A stretch of DNA of 63,339 bases from Octopus bimaculoides. Lineage: Eukaryota. Positions 12,033-23,433 of the stretch are shown here, piece after piece. The DNA lies in assembly GCF_001194135.2 (NCBI RefSeq), contig NC_069005.1:1572863-1636201 (forward strand), in the 5' to 3' direction. Numbering within the stretch: the stretch's first letter is position 1; each line of letters opens with the position of its first letter. A program made the position numbers and the translations under genes. The notes under the pieces are model-generated. The model searched no databases and was not told the DNA's origin. It saw only the letters and a program-made list of their open reading frames with translations.

Positions 12033-13849
12033 CTGAAATAACAAAGAAAAACGGAATAGGTTAGAGGGAAAAAAAAAAAAAAAAAAAAAANNNNNNNNNN
12101 NNNNNNNNNNNNNNNNNNNNNNNNNNNNNNNNNNNNNNNNNNNNNNNNNNNNNNNNNNNNNNNNNNNNNNNNNNNNNNNNNNNNNNNNNNNNNNNNNNNN
12201 NNNNNNNNNNNNNNNNNNNNNNNNNNNNNNNNNNNNNNNNNNNNNNNNNNNNNNNNNNNNNNNNNNNNNNNNNNNNNNNNNNNNNNNNNNNNNNNNNNNN
12301 NNNNNNNNNNNNNNNNNNNNNNNNNNNNNNNNNNNNNNNNNNNNNNNNNNNNNNNNNNNNNNNNNNNNNNNNNNNNNNNNNNNNNNNNNNNNNNNNNNNN
12401 NNNNNNNNNNNNNNNNNNNNNNNNNNNNNNNNNNNNNNNNNNNNNNNNNNNNNNNNNNNNNNNNNNNNNNNNNNNNNNNNNNNNNNNNNNNNNNNNNNNN
12501 NNNNNNNNNNNNNNNNNNNNNNNNNNNNNNNNNNNNNNNNNNNNNNNNNNNNNNNNNNNNNNNNNNNNNNNNNNNNNNNNNNNNNNNNNNNNNNNNNNNN
12601 NNNNNNNNNNNNNNNNNNNNNNNNNNNNNNNNNNNNNNNNNNNNNNNNNNNNNNNNNNNNNNNNNNNNNNNNNNNNNNNNNNNNNNNNNNNNNNNNNNNN
12701 NNNNNNNNNNNNNNNNNNNNNNNNNNNNNNNNNNNNNNNNNNNNNNNNNNNNNNNNNNNNNNNNNNNNNNNNNNNNNNNNNNNNNNNNNNNNNNNNNNNN
12801 NNNNNNNNNNNNNNNNNNNNNNNNNNNNNNNNNNNNNNNNNNNNNNNNNNNNNNNNNNNNNNNNNNNNNNNNNNNNNNNNNNNNNNNNNNNNNNNNNNNN
12901 NNNNNNNNNNNNNNNNNNNNNNNNNNNNNNNNNNNNNNNNNNNNNNNNNNNNNNNNNNNNNNNNNNNNNNNNNNNNNNNNNNNNNNNNNNNNNNNNNNNN
13001 NNNNNNNNNNNNCGAAAGCTACAACAATGCAAGGAAGTGCACTGTGATCAGTGGTGCATAACATCGATTGTCTGGTCGATACAGTGATATATATATATAT
13101 ATATATATATTTCAATTGTTTTAGCTATTGGATTGTGGTCAGGCTGGGGCACCGCCTCAAACTGTCTACATTGAACAAATCAACTCCAACACTTTTTTTC
13201 TTTCTTTTTTTTTGATATCTGGTATTCATTGTTGTTACATACAAGCCACTGTGTAATTATTCTATCGGTCTCTTTTGCCAAACAGCTAAGTTATGGGGAT
13301 ATAAAGAAACCAACACTGGTTGCCAAATAGTGGTGGTGGGAGACACAGACACATTAATACATATATACAATGGTCTTCCACAGTTTCCATCTTCTATGGA
13401 ATATTGGCCAGACTGGAGCTAAGCACTTAGATGATGTAAGTAACAAGCTGAAATAAGGAAGAAACTCTGCAACCCTCTATTAATGCCATCACCAAATCCT
13501 TCTCACAGGTTGAATACTCCAACACCAACAAACCACGGTTAATTCTCCTCTTTTACATGCAACAAATACAACAGGATGATTCAACCAAATACCATTCCAC
13601 CTGTCCATCTTCTCTGCCCACCATTCCAGGGAGACTCGTGGGTGGTGTGGGGAATAGACCCTGCAGGCACCTTCTCCTCGGGGTCCTATTAGAAGCAGTC
13701 ATCATTACACTTTCACCAGCGTTAACAGTTGTTCGTTCCTGGACCCACTTTAAGGTCCTGGGACACGCTTCCTTTGCATTTCCATCCCATGCCTCCCAGG
13801 GCGACTCGCAGACTCATTGCTAGTTGTGCTGCCATTGACTGGTGACTCA

Positions 13850-14160
13850 TCATCATCATCGTTTAACGTCCGCTTTCCATGCTAGCATGGGTTGGACGAT
13901 TTGACTGAGGACTGGTGAACCAGATGGCTACACCAGGCTCCAATCTGATTTGGCAGAGTTTCTACAGCTGGATGCCCTTCCTAACGCCAACANNNNNNNN
14001 NNGAGGACTGGTGAACCAGATGGCTACACCAGGCTCCAATCTGATTTGGCAGAGTTTCTACAGCTGGATGCCCTTCCTAACGCCAACCACTCAGAGAGTG
14101 TAGTGGGTGCTTTTACGTGTCACCCGCACGAAGGCCAGTCAGGCGGTACTGGACCTTCCA
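13850..14160 (-). mobile_element. (CAT)n-tailed retroelement 3' end/SINE, family C
   Basis: catcatcgtttaacgtccgctttccatgct...ggatgcccttcctaacgccaacc consensus, repeated at about 5960-6290, 19985-20200, 25420-25670, 28250-28550, 38400-38780, 40870-41230 and 42230-42410. Confidence 0.75.
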
Positions 14161-14244
14161 CTATGTTCAAAACATGTCAATGCTTAAATTCTCAAAGACT
14201 CCATTTCATTGAAGCTAAAAACAGGAGAACAAAAGGCAACTTAC

Positions 14245-14359
14245 CTATTTTGGTAGAGCGAGAGTCCTGCAATGGCATGAATTCTGCCGCCTCCTACTGG
14301 AGTTGTAGGAAGACCAGGTGGTTTATTATTAACGACAGGGCCACTACCCAAAGGTGTCC
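14245..14359 (-). CDS. RPA1: RPA1 exon, linker end and DBD-A start (TPLGSGPVVNNKPPGLPTTPVGGGRIHAIAGLSLYQN), 115 nt
   Basis: IxxIxxLxxYQN motif preceding the DBD-A Trp; TAG/GTAAGT boundaries. Confidence 0.9.
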
Positions 14360-14874
14360 CTAGAACCAAAGAAAATGAAATATCATTATTACCACTATCA
14401 CTATTGAATGTCTGTTTTCTATGCTGGCATGGGTTGGACAATCTGATACAGGACCACACCAAGTTCTGCTGTCTACTTTGGCTTGGTTTCTAGGATCGGA
14501 TCTCCTCCCTAATGCCAACCATTTTACAGAGTGTAATAGGGACTTTTTACATGGCACAAGCAGCAAGACAGTTCCAAGTAATTTGCAAGACAAAGACCCC
14601 TCAACTGAGGAGGGAGTAGTATTAAAAGAGGGGAGACCAAGGCCAGTAATTTGGGGGGTAAGTCGATTGACCCCTGTACTCAATTGGTACTTATTTTATT
14701 GACCCCGAAAGGATGAAAGGCAAACATCAACCTCAGCAGAATTTGAACTTGCAAAATAAGAATGGATGGAATGCCACAAGGCATCTTCCATGGTGTGCTA
14801 ATGATTCTGCCAGCTCGCTGCCTTAATAATAACAAAATGATTAGAAATTGTCAGAAAGGAAACATGTAACTCAC

Positions 14875-14919
14875 TGTTTGATGTGGAAACGGACGGTGGT
14901 TTGGAAGCTGCAGGAACAC
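14875..14919 (-). CDS. RPA1: RPA1 linker micro-exon (VPAASKPPSVSTSN), 45 nt, phase 1-1
   Basis: Strong T-rich acceptor with CAG and a GTGAGT donor; open in frame; low-complexity linker composition. Confidence 0.75.
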
Positions 14920-15407
14920 CTGATGAACAACAAAAAAAAATTCAAATTATAAAGAAAGGTTTAAACGTGGAAAGAGGCCATGAAGTTTATTACAATGGCA
15001 AAGAGGAACACAGAGACATGTGGCATGCTAGAAAATGCGGTATATTTGGGTGTCGACAAAAGAATAAACAAGTGTCTGTAATTGAATTCTTTCTGATGAT
15101 GAAGAGGAAAGCCCAATGTTTGTCATGTAATTTTATCAAAATAGATAATTTTTGGAAAAGGAGGGGGTAGGATTAGTTAATCGAAGAAATGATTGCAAAA
15201 ATTCCTTATTGCATTTGAAGGAATTTTAGTTCAGTTCTCAGTGGCAGCTGGTAAGAAAGTACAGAAAGAACTCAAATCGGTCTAATTTGTGTTGATGGTG
15301 GATAATCCCTTTTGTCAAAGTTGATAGTTTTAATCACTCATCTCAGATAAAGCAAGGTTTGTCACATTTTCTACAAGAAAAACAAATGCTTAAAATAAAA
15401 TACTCAC

Positions 15408-15440
15408 AATTTGTGTTGTTCTCAGTAGCAGCAGGTGCAG
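15408..15440 (-). CDS. RPA1: RPA1 linker micro-exon (AAPAATENNTN), 33 nt, phase 1-1
   Basis: ttcaattttctccgtttcag acceptor and GTGAGT donor; open in frame. Confidence 0.75.
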
Positions 15441-15532
15441 CTGAAACGGAGAAAATTGAAGTTAAAAAAACATTTCAAATAAAATTTCTTTGTAACCAAA
15501 CGCAACAATATTTATACAGCAACCAGACTTAC

Positions 15533-15627
15533 CTTCACCAGCTCTGTACGATTTGGGATTACCGATCTTCTGTCCAACTTCAGAAGCTTTTGCAATCACT
15601 GATAGATCAAGCACAATGATAACTTTC
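15533..15627 (-). CDS. RPA1: RPA1 exon, DBD-F end (KVIIVLDLSVIAKASEVGQKIGNPKSYRAGE), 95 nt
   Basis: KIGNP motif; CAG/GTAAGT boundaries. Confidence 0.95.
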
Positions 15628-17378
15628 CTGTTGCAAAATAAAATAAAATATTTTCATTATCATCATTTTAATGTCCACTTTCTTACGCTTGCATGGGTCA
15701 GACAGAATTTTCTGTGGCCAGATGCCCTTCCAGTTGCCAACCCTCATTTGTTTCGAAGTACGATATTTCCCCAAGGTCAGATACGTTTTTGTGAAAGAGT
15801 GGAGATGAAGGACAGCATTTGTATGACGGTGACACTTGTTTACAACTGTCACGTGATGTCAAGAGACAGAGATACTAAGACATACAAAGAACACACTCAA
15901 CAAAATCAACTCAGAAGGCTTTGGCCAACCTGGGGCTAGAGTAGAAGACACCTGCCTGAGGTGCCACACAGTGGGACTGATCCCAAAACCATGTGATCGG
16001 GAGCCAAGTTTCTTAACCATACAGCCACCCCTGTGCCTATTCTTACAAAAGCTATTTTCCTTTTAACAACAGTTATGGCAAAAGGTGTAGAATACTTAGA
16101 ACTTGAAACAGTCATCACAGAGAAGACAGCATTTTCTTCTCAAGAGCCTTCTTAGAAATAAGAATCAGTTTATATTCCTGCCAAATCGGTTATTAATGCT
16201 TGTAATGTTGGCAAATACAACAGGGATTTTGTTTCCAAAGTATCAATCATTGACTGATGAGTGAGAGAAAGAAGACTGAGCTGAGTGACAAACTTTTAAA
16301 AGATCAAGATGACGAAAAAGATTTGTTGCTTGAAAAGAAATCTAAGCCGGAGTGCATTGAGGAAAACATGGGAAATGACAAAGGTGAGCCTTCTCAATGC
16401 AAAGGTAGGAAGAACTGATTTTGAATTGGGGTATCTCTGTGCCATCAGTGATAATTACATTTTGGTTTGTACGATGAATATTTGATTTTCCTAATGGAGG
16501 GATTGTTGCAAAATGTACATGACGACTGTTGCTAACGAAGGAATAGGAATGATTGTCGTCATCATCAGTTGACATCCACTTCTCCGTGATTGCATGGGTC
16601 AGATGGAATTTATTGAGACAAATTTTCTTTGGTGGGATGCCTTTCCTGCTGCCAACCCTTACTGCTTTCCAAACAAGGTAAATATTTCCCCCACGGCCAG
16701 ACATGCTCCTGCAGAATACTGGAAATGAATGACATCCATTTACAGCAATCATGCAACATCAAAACAAGAAGAGACAAACACACATATAGACAGGCTTCTT
16801 TCAGTTTCCATCAATCAAATCCACTCACAAAGTTTTGGTTGGCTTTGAGCAACAGTAGAAGACAGCAAAATAAAACAAAATTATATTTACCACTTCCCAA
16901 ATATTTATACAGTTTTGAACAGTTTTAAAATATACAATATGTTGTATTCAAGGATTCACTCATTCTCCCATTAAGTTATTTTCAATAAATGCTCCACCTA
17001 ATTTCCCAAACGTTCTACATGCACATGTATTCTAAACTACCAAAATACACACACATTTTTGAAAGATTTCCAAGGTTTAGTTTATGCTTGTTTCAACACA
17101 AAAGCATTAGCATATGAGCCTGCGTGCGTGCGTGCGTGCGTGTCTGAATGAGTGGTTATGTGCCTCTTTCACAAAATGACTGCATGTGTTTGTGCCTTTC
17201 CTGAGAGTGTGACTGAAAAAATATTCCCCACTTTACAGATCCAACGCTTTATTCTCTTCAACTGATGTTACGTATCAAAAGACAAGGACAAAGTAGAAAG
17301 CAAAAGAGCAAACTGTAAGCAAGGGGACATTCAAGAACAAACGTCTGCATTCTCAAATTGTGACAATCGTTTACTTAC

Positions 17379-17487
17379 TTGTCATTTTGAATGATGTTAC
17401 ATAAGTACTTGTTCACTTTGATAACCGACATGTTGTCCAGGGAGCCATCTTCCATCATGGAGTTCAGTTGAGTTGCCAGCATAACAC
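17379..17487 (-). CDS. RPA1: RPA1 exon, DBD-F (VMLATQLNSMMEDGSLDNMSVIKVNKYLCNIIQND), 109 nt
   Basis: MLATQLN motif; AG/GTAAGT boundaries; same length as the human exon as I recall it. Confidence 0.96.
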
Positions 17488-17639
17488 CTTGCAATAGAAA
17501 TGTAGACTCAATCAAGCCACAAGTTTATTAACTGCATGGTCAAACAAAATAAACTTGGGTCTGGACAAAAGAACCCAACAGACAAATCTAATGGAGATTA
17601 AAGACTGAAATTATTAATTTCTCCTTCTTATAGTTTAGT

Positions 17640-17970
17640 GTGGAGGCGCAATGGCGCAGTGGTTAGGGCAGCAGACTCGCGGTCATAGGATTGTGGTTTT
17701 GATTCTCAGACCGGGCGTTGTGAGTGTTTATTGAGCGAAAACACCTAAAGCTCCATGAAGCTCCAGCAGGGGCTAGTAGTGAACCCTGCAGTACTTTCAC
17801 CTGTTTCTGTTCTACCTGTATTTTAAAGGGCCAGCCTTTTCACACACTGTGTCATGCTGAATCTCCCTGAGAATTACGTTAAGAGTACGCGTGTCTGTGG
17901 AGTACTCAGCCACTTGCACGTTAAAGATCAACTGGAACCCTTGTTATCATAACTGATGGAGTGCCATTGA
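17640..17970 (+). mobile_element. tRNA-derived SINE, family B
   Basis: A/B-box-like head followed by the ccagccttgtcacactgtgtc...gagtactcagccacttgcacgttaa body. Also seen at about 7730-8020, 32090-32400, 37760-38070(-), 47330-47640(-) and 52990-53200. Confidence 0.75.
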
Positions 17971-18781
17971 AAGATAGTTTAGTGCAATTTTTTTTTAAAT
18001 TTCTTCAATAAACCAGGAACCAAAAGTGGAGGAGAGAAGGAAAGAAAATATTAAAGCTGTTACAAAATTATTTTTCAGTCTTAGCTGTGTGGTTAAGAAG
18101 CTTGCTTCCTTACAACATGGTTTCAGGTTCAATCCCACTGATTGGCACCTTGGTAAAGTATTTTATACCAAAGCCCTGGGCCAACCAAAAGTCTTGTGAG
18201 TGGATTTGGTAGCATTAACTGAAAAAAGCTTGTCCTGTGTGTGTGTGTTCTTGTCTTGACATCATTCATTAGTCATAAGCAAATGTCACCATCAATCAAG
18301 TGATGTCCTTCATCTCCAGGTATGAATTGATTGTAGAAAAGCAACCGTCTGCAGAGAATCAGCCTCTATGAATTCCATCTGATCCATATTAACATGGTAA
18401 AGTGAATGTTAAAGTGGTAAAGTGTATATATATATATATATATATATANNNNNNNNNNNNNNNNNNNNNNNNNNNNNNNNNNNNNNNNNNNNNNNNNNNN
18501 NNNNNNNNNNNNNNNNNNNNNNNNNNNNNNNNNNNNNNNNNNNNNNNNNNNNNNNNNNNNNNNNNNNNNNNNNNNNNNNNNNNNNNNNNNNNNNNNNNNN
18601 NNNNNNNNNNNNNNNNNNNNNNNNNNNNNNNNNNNNNNNNNNNNNNNNNNNNNNNNNNNNNNNNNNNNNNNNNNNNNNNNNNNNNNNNNNNNNNNNNNNN
18701 NNNNNNNNNNNNNNNNNNNNNNNNNNNNNNNNNNNNNNTATATATATATATATATACACACATACATATATATATATATAT

Positions 18782-18814
<33 letters not shown>

Positions 18815-18865
18815 CATACACATATATATATACATACATACATATAAACAATAAAACATACTCAC

Positions 18866-18944
18866 TGGAGTAACTCAGCTGACCATCAGACAATAAAAGA
18901 CGATATCGTTCAGCGCCAGCAGAACTTGGGATCTTTTTTGAACT
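18866..18944 (-). CDS. RPA1: RPA1 exon 3 (SSKKIPSSAGAERYRLLLSDGQLSYS), 79 nt
   Basis: RYRLL.SDG motif; TAG/GTGAGT boundaries. Confidence 0.96.
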
Positions 18945-19026
18945 CTAGGGGAGAGAAAAACAAAAACAATGTAATTACCGTTTTACCATTTCTCTGCCAC
19001 TATATATGTATTATCATCAGTCTCTC

Positions 19027-19083
<57 letters not shown>

Positions 19084-19250
19084 ATCATCATCATTTAATG
19101 TTTGTCTCCGATGCTAGGTTGGATGGTTTGGTAAGAGCCAGGCAGGTCTGAGAGTTGCATCAGATTCTGTTGGTTGTTTTAGTATGGTTTCTATGGCTGC
19201 ATGCCCTTCCTAATGCCAACCACTTTACAGAGTGTTTATGTGCATATATA

Positions 19251-19472
19251 TTGGGTTGGTGCATAATTATTGCGGCTTTTTTCCAACGAATTTTATTCAA
19301 CAAAAAACAATAACAATATTTAACAAAAACATCTTTAAATGATGCCAAGCAAATCGGAAGCAGTAATTGAAGTAGATGGTGAATATGCTCCAGAATAATC
19401 ATTTAAAGATGTTTTTGTTACATGTTATTGTTTTTGTTGAAAAAAAGCCGCAATAATTATGCACCAACCCAA
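19251..19472. mobile_element. mariner MITE (MADE1-like), almost fully palindromic
   Basis: TIR TTGGGTTGGTGCATAATTATTGCGGCTTTTTT at both ends with TA on each flank; inner arms are also complementary. Confidence 0.9.
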
Positions 19473-19876
19473 TATATTTGGTAGTTGGACAAATTCCTCC
19501 AAGAAATACAAGACAAACCTCTGACACTGGTTCTCAACCAGGATCCACATTACCCTTGGGAGTCCATTATAAAATTTGGTTATTAAAATTTATCTGCAAT
19601 AAATTTCTTTTACTTCTTACAATACACAAAATATTTTAACAAACTTTTTTTTATACAATTCCTAAGAATATTTAATTCTAAAAATATATTAGAATTTCTA
19701 AAACATCAAATGGCTATGAAGGTCTTGTAGAGTGAAATAAGAATCAGAGGGGTCCATAGGCTGAGAATCAATGGGCCATGGATGGCCTAAAACACGACTC
19801 TCAATACATGAAGCGATCAAAATTTCTGGCAATTAATTTTATGATTTATTTAAATTTTCAGAAATAAAATATTTAC

Positions 19877-19924
19877 CAAAATTTGAAGAATTGGATTCTC
19901 TATATTCTCTCCATTGATTATAGT
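19877..19924 (-). CDS. RPA1: RPA1 exon 2 (TIINGENIENPILQIL), 48 nt
   Basis: PILQ motif; TAG/GTAAAT boundaries, phase 0-0. Confidence 0.92.
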
Positions 19925-21192
19925 CTAAAAGAAAAAGAAGAAAATAAAATAAAAGAAACACTGTTATTACCATAGTCACTGCATATCATCATCATTTAAC
20001 GTCCGTTTTCCATGCTGGCATGGGTTAGACGGTTTTACAGAAGTTGGCAAGCCTGAGAGCTGCACCAGACTCCAACTTTCTGCTTCGGCAGGGCTTCTAC
20101 AGCTTCACAACACCAACCACTTTACAGAGTGTACTGGGTGCATTTTGCGTGGCACCACCACTGGTGTCTTTTACACGGCACAGCACGGGCCATGCCATCG
20201 GCATAATATTTTTTAAAAATGGAAAAAAATACAGCATAAAGCTATATTCTTTTCTGACTTAGAGATTGGACTGTGGCCATGCTGGGGCACCACATTCAAG
20301 AGTTCTGTTAGGCAAATTACATCAACGCAAATATACATTGTTGAAATATTATTGCTCCTATCTTGAAATTAAATAAATTTCCCGAGTTTACGATCGCAAA
20401 TATGAAAACCTGTCTCCACCGGGTCGATGGTGATGGTGGTGGTGGTCTGGGGTGGATCCGCAGTTCAGGTTTGGTTCCCAGTCGTAGAAACTTTACTTCA
20501 ATAATGGTCTTGGGAAATGAATGAATACCACAACGTAACACACTTGAAGTCAACGAAATAGTTGACGAAAATGTCAAGTAATTAACACAATCGCAGAGCG
20601 CGTTCATCATCTTCGGAAAAGTTGGAGGAATTTACCAAATAGTTGCAACCAACACACACAAAAATGTATCTTTGCAAAATTTCGTTAACAAAAGTTTGTT
20701 TTTCTTTTCTTTTTCAGAAAGAAACTCATGGAGAAGAATTACCAAAATGTGGCACAACTGGATTCGATTCCGTATCTGGTGCAGGGCAGAGCCAAACGAG
20801 TTCCTACACAACTTAAATGCTTTTATTTGCTACTTACAAGAATAAACCATTTTGGGTTTTTTTTCCAGTTTGGAGTAATTAATAATACCAGAATGGACGT
20901 TCAGATATTTACACAAACATACAGACTTTATTGACGTAAAACAATTAGACATTCTTTTAAAACGTGTTACCAAACTAAATACGAATGCGCAGTTTAGTTT
21001 AAATTAAATCATTCGTCACCATAAAAGAACATGCAATACGACAAACGCTTGTGAATGTTGCTAACGCAGACGTTCACAGAATTAGAAATTTATTCTAAGA
21101 GAAGAATTGAGGGGAAAATAAAAAAGAAAAAACATTGTTTTGTTTGAATTACTCAAAAACATCAACAAAAGAAAATAAATTGTTCTAAATAC

Positions 21193-21225
21193 CTGTAATG
21201 CTCCCGAAGTCAACTGGTAACTCAT
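21193..21225 (-). CDS. RPA1: RPA1 first coding exon (MSYQLTSGALQ), 33 nt
   Basis: ATG at 21225-21223 and a GTATTT donor; resembles RPA70 N-termini (human MVGQLSEGAIA). Confidence 0.9.
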
Positions 21226-22046
21226 GATGCTTAAATATCAACGAAGAACACTAAAAATGATATTAAAAACTCTAAAATAACATTCAATGTCTGACTCTGT
21301 GTTGCACAACAGGCAAGAATTAAAGGGGACGTCTTCAACCAGAAATGGCGCGAAAGATTGATTTAGTGCCAAAAGTTATCTGACCCTGTTGCACATATCA
21401 GCCACTAGATGGCAGCAATGAATAAACAAGAGGAAACTAAAAAAAAATCTAGAGTTATCTATCTTGATTACTTGTTGTCAGTGAGTGTCCGCTGTGTGGC
21501 AGCACTTACCAACAGACAGGAATCTCCACAATTTACCATTTCTCGACCAATTCCAATCTCGATCGATCGATCATTGATCGGTTTTTATATACGTTGACGA
21601 TTGTTTAGATCGGGAAATTACTCTTACGTTTTATCTCCGATCATCTCAGCATCCTGTGATTGTCTTATTAACTTTATATGAAGTTAACTCGGTGTAAATA
21701 ACGTCAAATGCTCCAAGAAACGGATTCCTGTGTTGTTATTTATTTATTTATAAAACCATTCTTAGGAACTTTCCTTTAAACCTGTTGCTTTAATAACAAT
21801 AATATTATTACCCCCGATCCTCTACGATTATTCTCACCATATATTATATATAAATATATATTTATATATATTTCTATTTTGCTGCCAAAGCAAATGTTGC
21901 ATGTGTTGCATGGGTTCAAAAAGAGAAAGAAAACTTTGCACTGTTTACGTTTGCCAGAATTCTTCAATAACCTAACGAACAACTGGATGAAGTGAACGAA
22001 CAGGTTTTTTGGGGGAATTATTTAAAAGTGTGGATATTTATCTTAG
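21226..22046. promoter_or_regulatory. Putative bidirectional promoter shared by RPA1 and NF2
   Basis: Head-to-head ATGs at 21225 and 22068 with a repeat-free, relatively CpG-rich spacer. Motifs: E2F TTTCGCGCC (21347-21355, minus), CTCF CCACTAGATGGCAGC (21402-21416), two CCAAT (21547-21551, 21553-21557), ATCGAT repeats (21562-21571). Confidence 0.7.
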
Positions 22047-22067
22047 ATTTATTCCAATTCATACAAA

Positions 22068-22172
22068 ATGCCATTTGCAAATATGAAGAAAGTGGCATCT
22101 GTGTCGTCGAATACCAAAACCTATCCCGTCAGGGTGGCCACTATGGATGCTGAGCTTCAGTTTGTCATCGAA
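22068..22172 (+). CDS. NF2: Merlin first coding exon (MPFANMKKVASVSSNTKTYPVRVATMDAELQFVIE)
   Basis: V.V.TMDAEL FERM start with a merlin-type N-terminal extension; GTAAGT donor at the same position as human NF2 intron 1. A possible upstream acceptor at 22045-22046 suggests a 5' UTR exon. Confidence 0.93.
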
Positions 22173-22917
22173 GTAAGTTCATTCCTCTGTCTGTCTCTCT
22201 GTCTCTCTTTCTCTTTCACTATGTATATATATAAATAATACACACACATATACATATATAGAAGTTGAAACTTCCTAAGTTTCACGAAGTTTTTTCCTGT
22301 CGGTTCGTAAGATTTACCGATTCTTCTCGGTCGAGAATCTTAGTCTCGCTAGTCAGATTTTTTCAATTTTTTAGTGTATTTTTACTATTAAATTCTGTCC
22401 AATTCATTTCGACAACTGCCCTGTGTTTGCATACTTTAAATCATCAAACACACATACGTGTATGTGTCTATAAATATATGTGTCTGTGTGTGTGTGTATA
22501 TATATATATATATAATCATTACAGATATAGGGTAAAGGATTATTAATTTATTAATAAACTAATAATTAATAATTTTTACCAAGTAGTTCGGTATGTAAAA
22601 AACCATTATCGGTAAAGAACTGGCCACAGTCAAAAGACTGAAACAAGTAAAATAGTATAATTAAGGGATCAGCAACAGTTGCTTCACCACATACCGAAAT
22701 TTAGAAATAGCAGTTAAAGTGCTGGAGCATTCTTACATATATGATACTAACACCGAAAGTTCTTTTGCATCGGAACTTCTTAAAATAGTTTTCATTTAGT
22801 TCCAACGCTGGAAACTCTCGTCCCTGGAGTTATTTTGTAACTTCTGCCGATTAATTAACAAATAACATATTTATTTGTTTTGATATGTAACATTCCTATA
22901 AGAATCGGAAATTGTTA

Positions 22918-23433
22918 AGTGCCCCGCACATCCCCCCTCAACCCTATCTTTTTCGCATGTGTGCGTTTTAAGAATCGCAGATGACGATTATGTTACAAAA
23001 AAAAGCAAAGGAAGGTGGGATGGAAGATTTTTTTGTTGTGCTCCCCCCCCCCCACACCTTTCGTTTTCCCTCGTAACTTATCAATTTGTTTTTTTTAGTT
23101 TTATTTACTTCCTTTTGTAAAATTTTGCTCCGATCTATGTTTTTTTCAAACGTCTTAGACTTGTGTTTTGCCAAAAACTATGCGCGTAACTTTTTAAAAG
23201 CTTTAAATCTTAAGAGGAAATTGTTTTTCGAAAAAAAGAAGGTCAAAACTCAAAAATTACGGAAAAGGTGGGCCAACGGCTGGGGCGGGGGTGGAATGAG
23301 CCATCCTCCTGCCCATCAACACACCCCCGCCAACAAAAACTTTTTTGTTTTTCGTAGAATCGTCATCTACGATGCTTAAAACATATACAACTGAAGAATT
23401 TACGTTTTTTTTTGTTTTGTTTTTTGGCGCACT
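22918..23433. mobile_element. MITE-like inverted-repeat element in merlin intron 1
   Basis: 22966-22989 and 23358-23381 are 22/24 complementary; outer ends agtgcccc / ggcgcact. Confidence 0.55.

Noticed and set aside
13906-14090. About 85-bp direct duplication of SINE sequence (ORF 13915-14103 shows a repeated peptide)
   Set aside because: It straddles a 10-N gap and is an assembly artefact.
17640-17720. tRNA-like sequence (also about 9090-9160, 32095-32160, 58553-58625)
   Set aside because: A/B boxes are present but the cloverleaves are imperfect and run straight into SINE bodies or tails, so these are SINE heads, not tRNA genes.
20718-20934. Plus-strand acceptor plus a 68-aa ORF antisense within RPA1 intron 1
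   Set aside because: No recognisable homology, no convincing donor or upstream exon; compatible with chance in AT-rich DNA.
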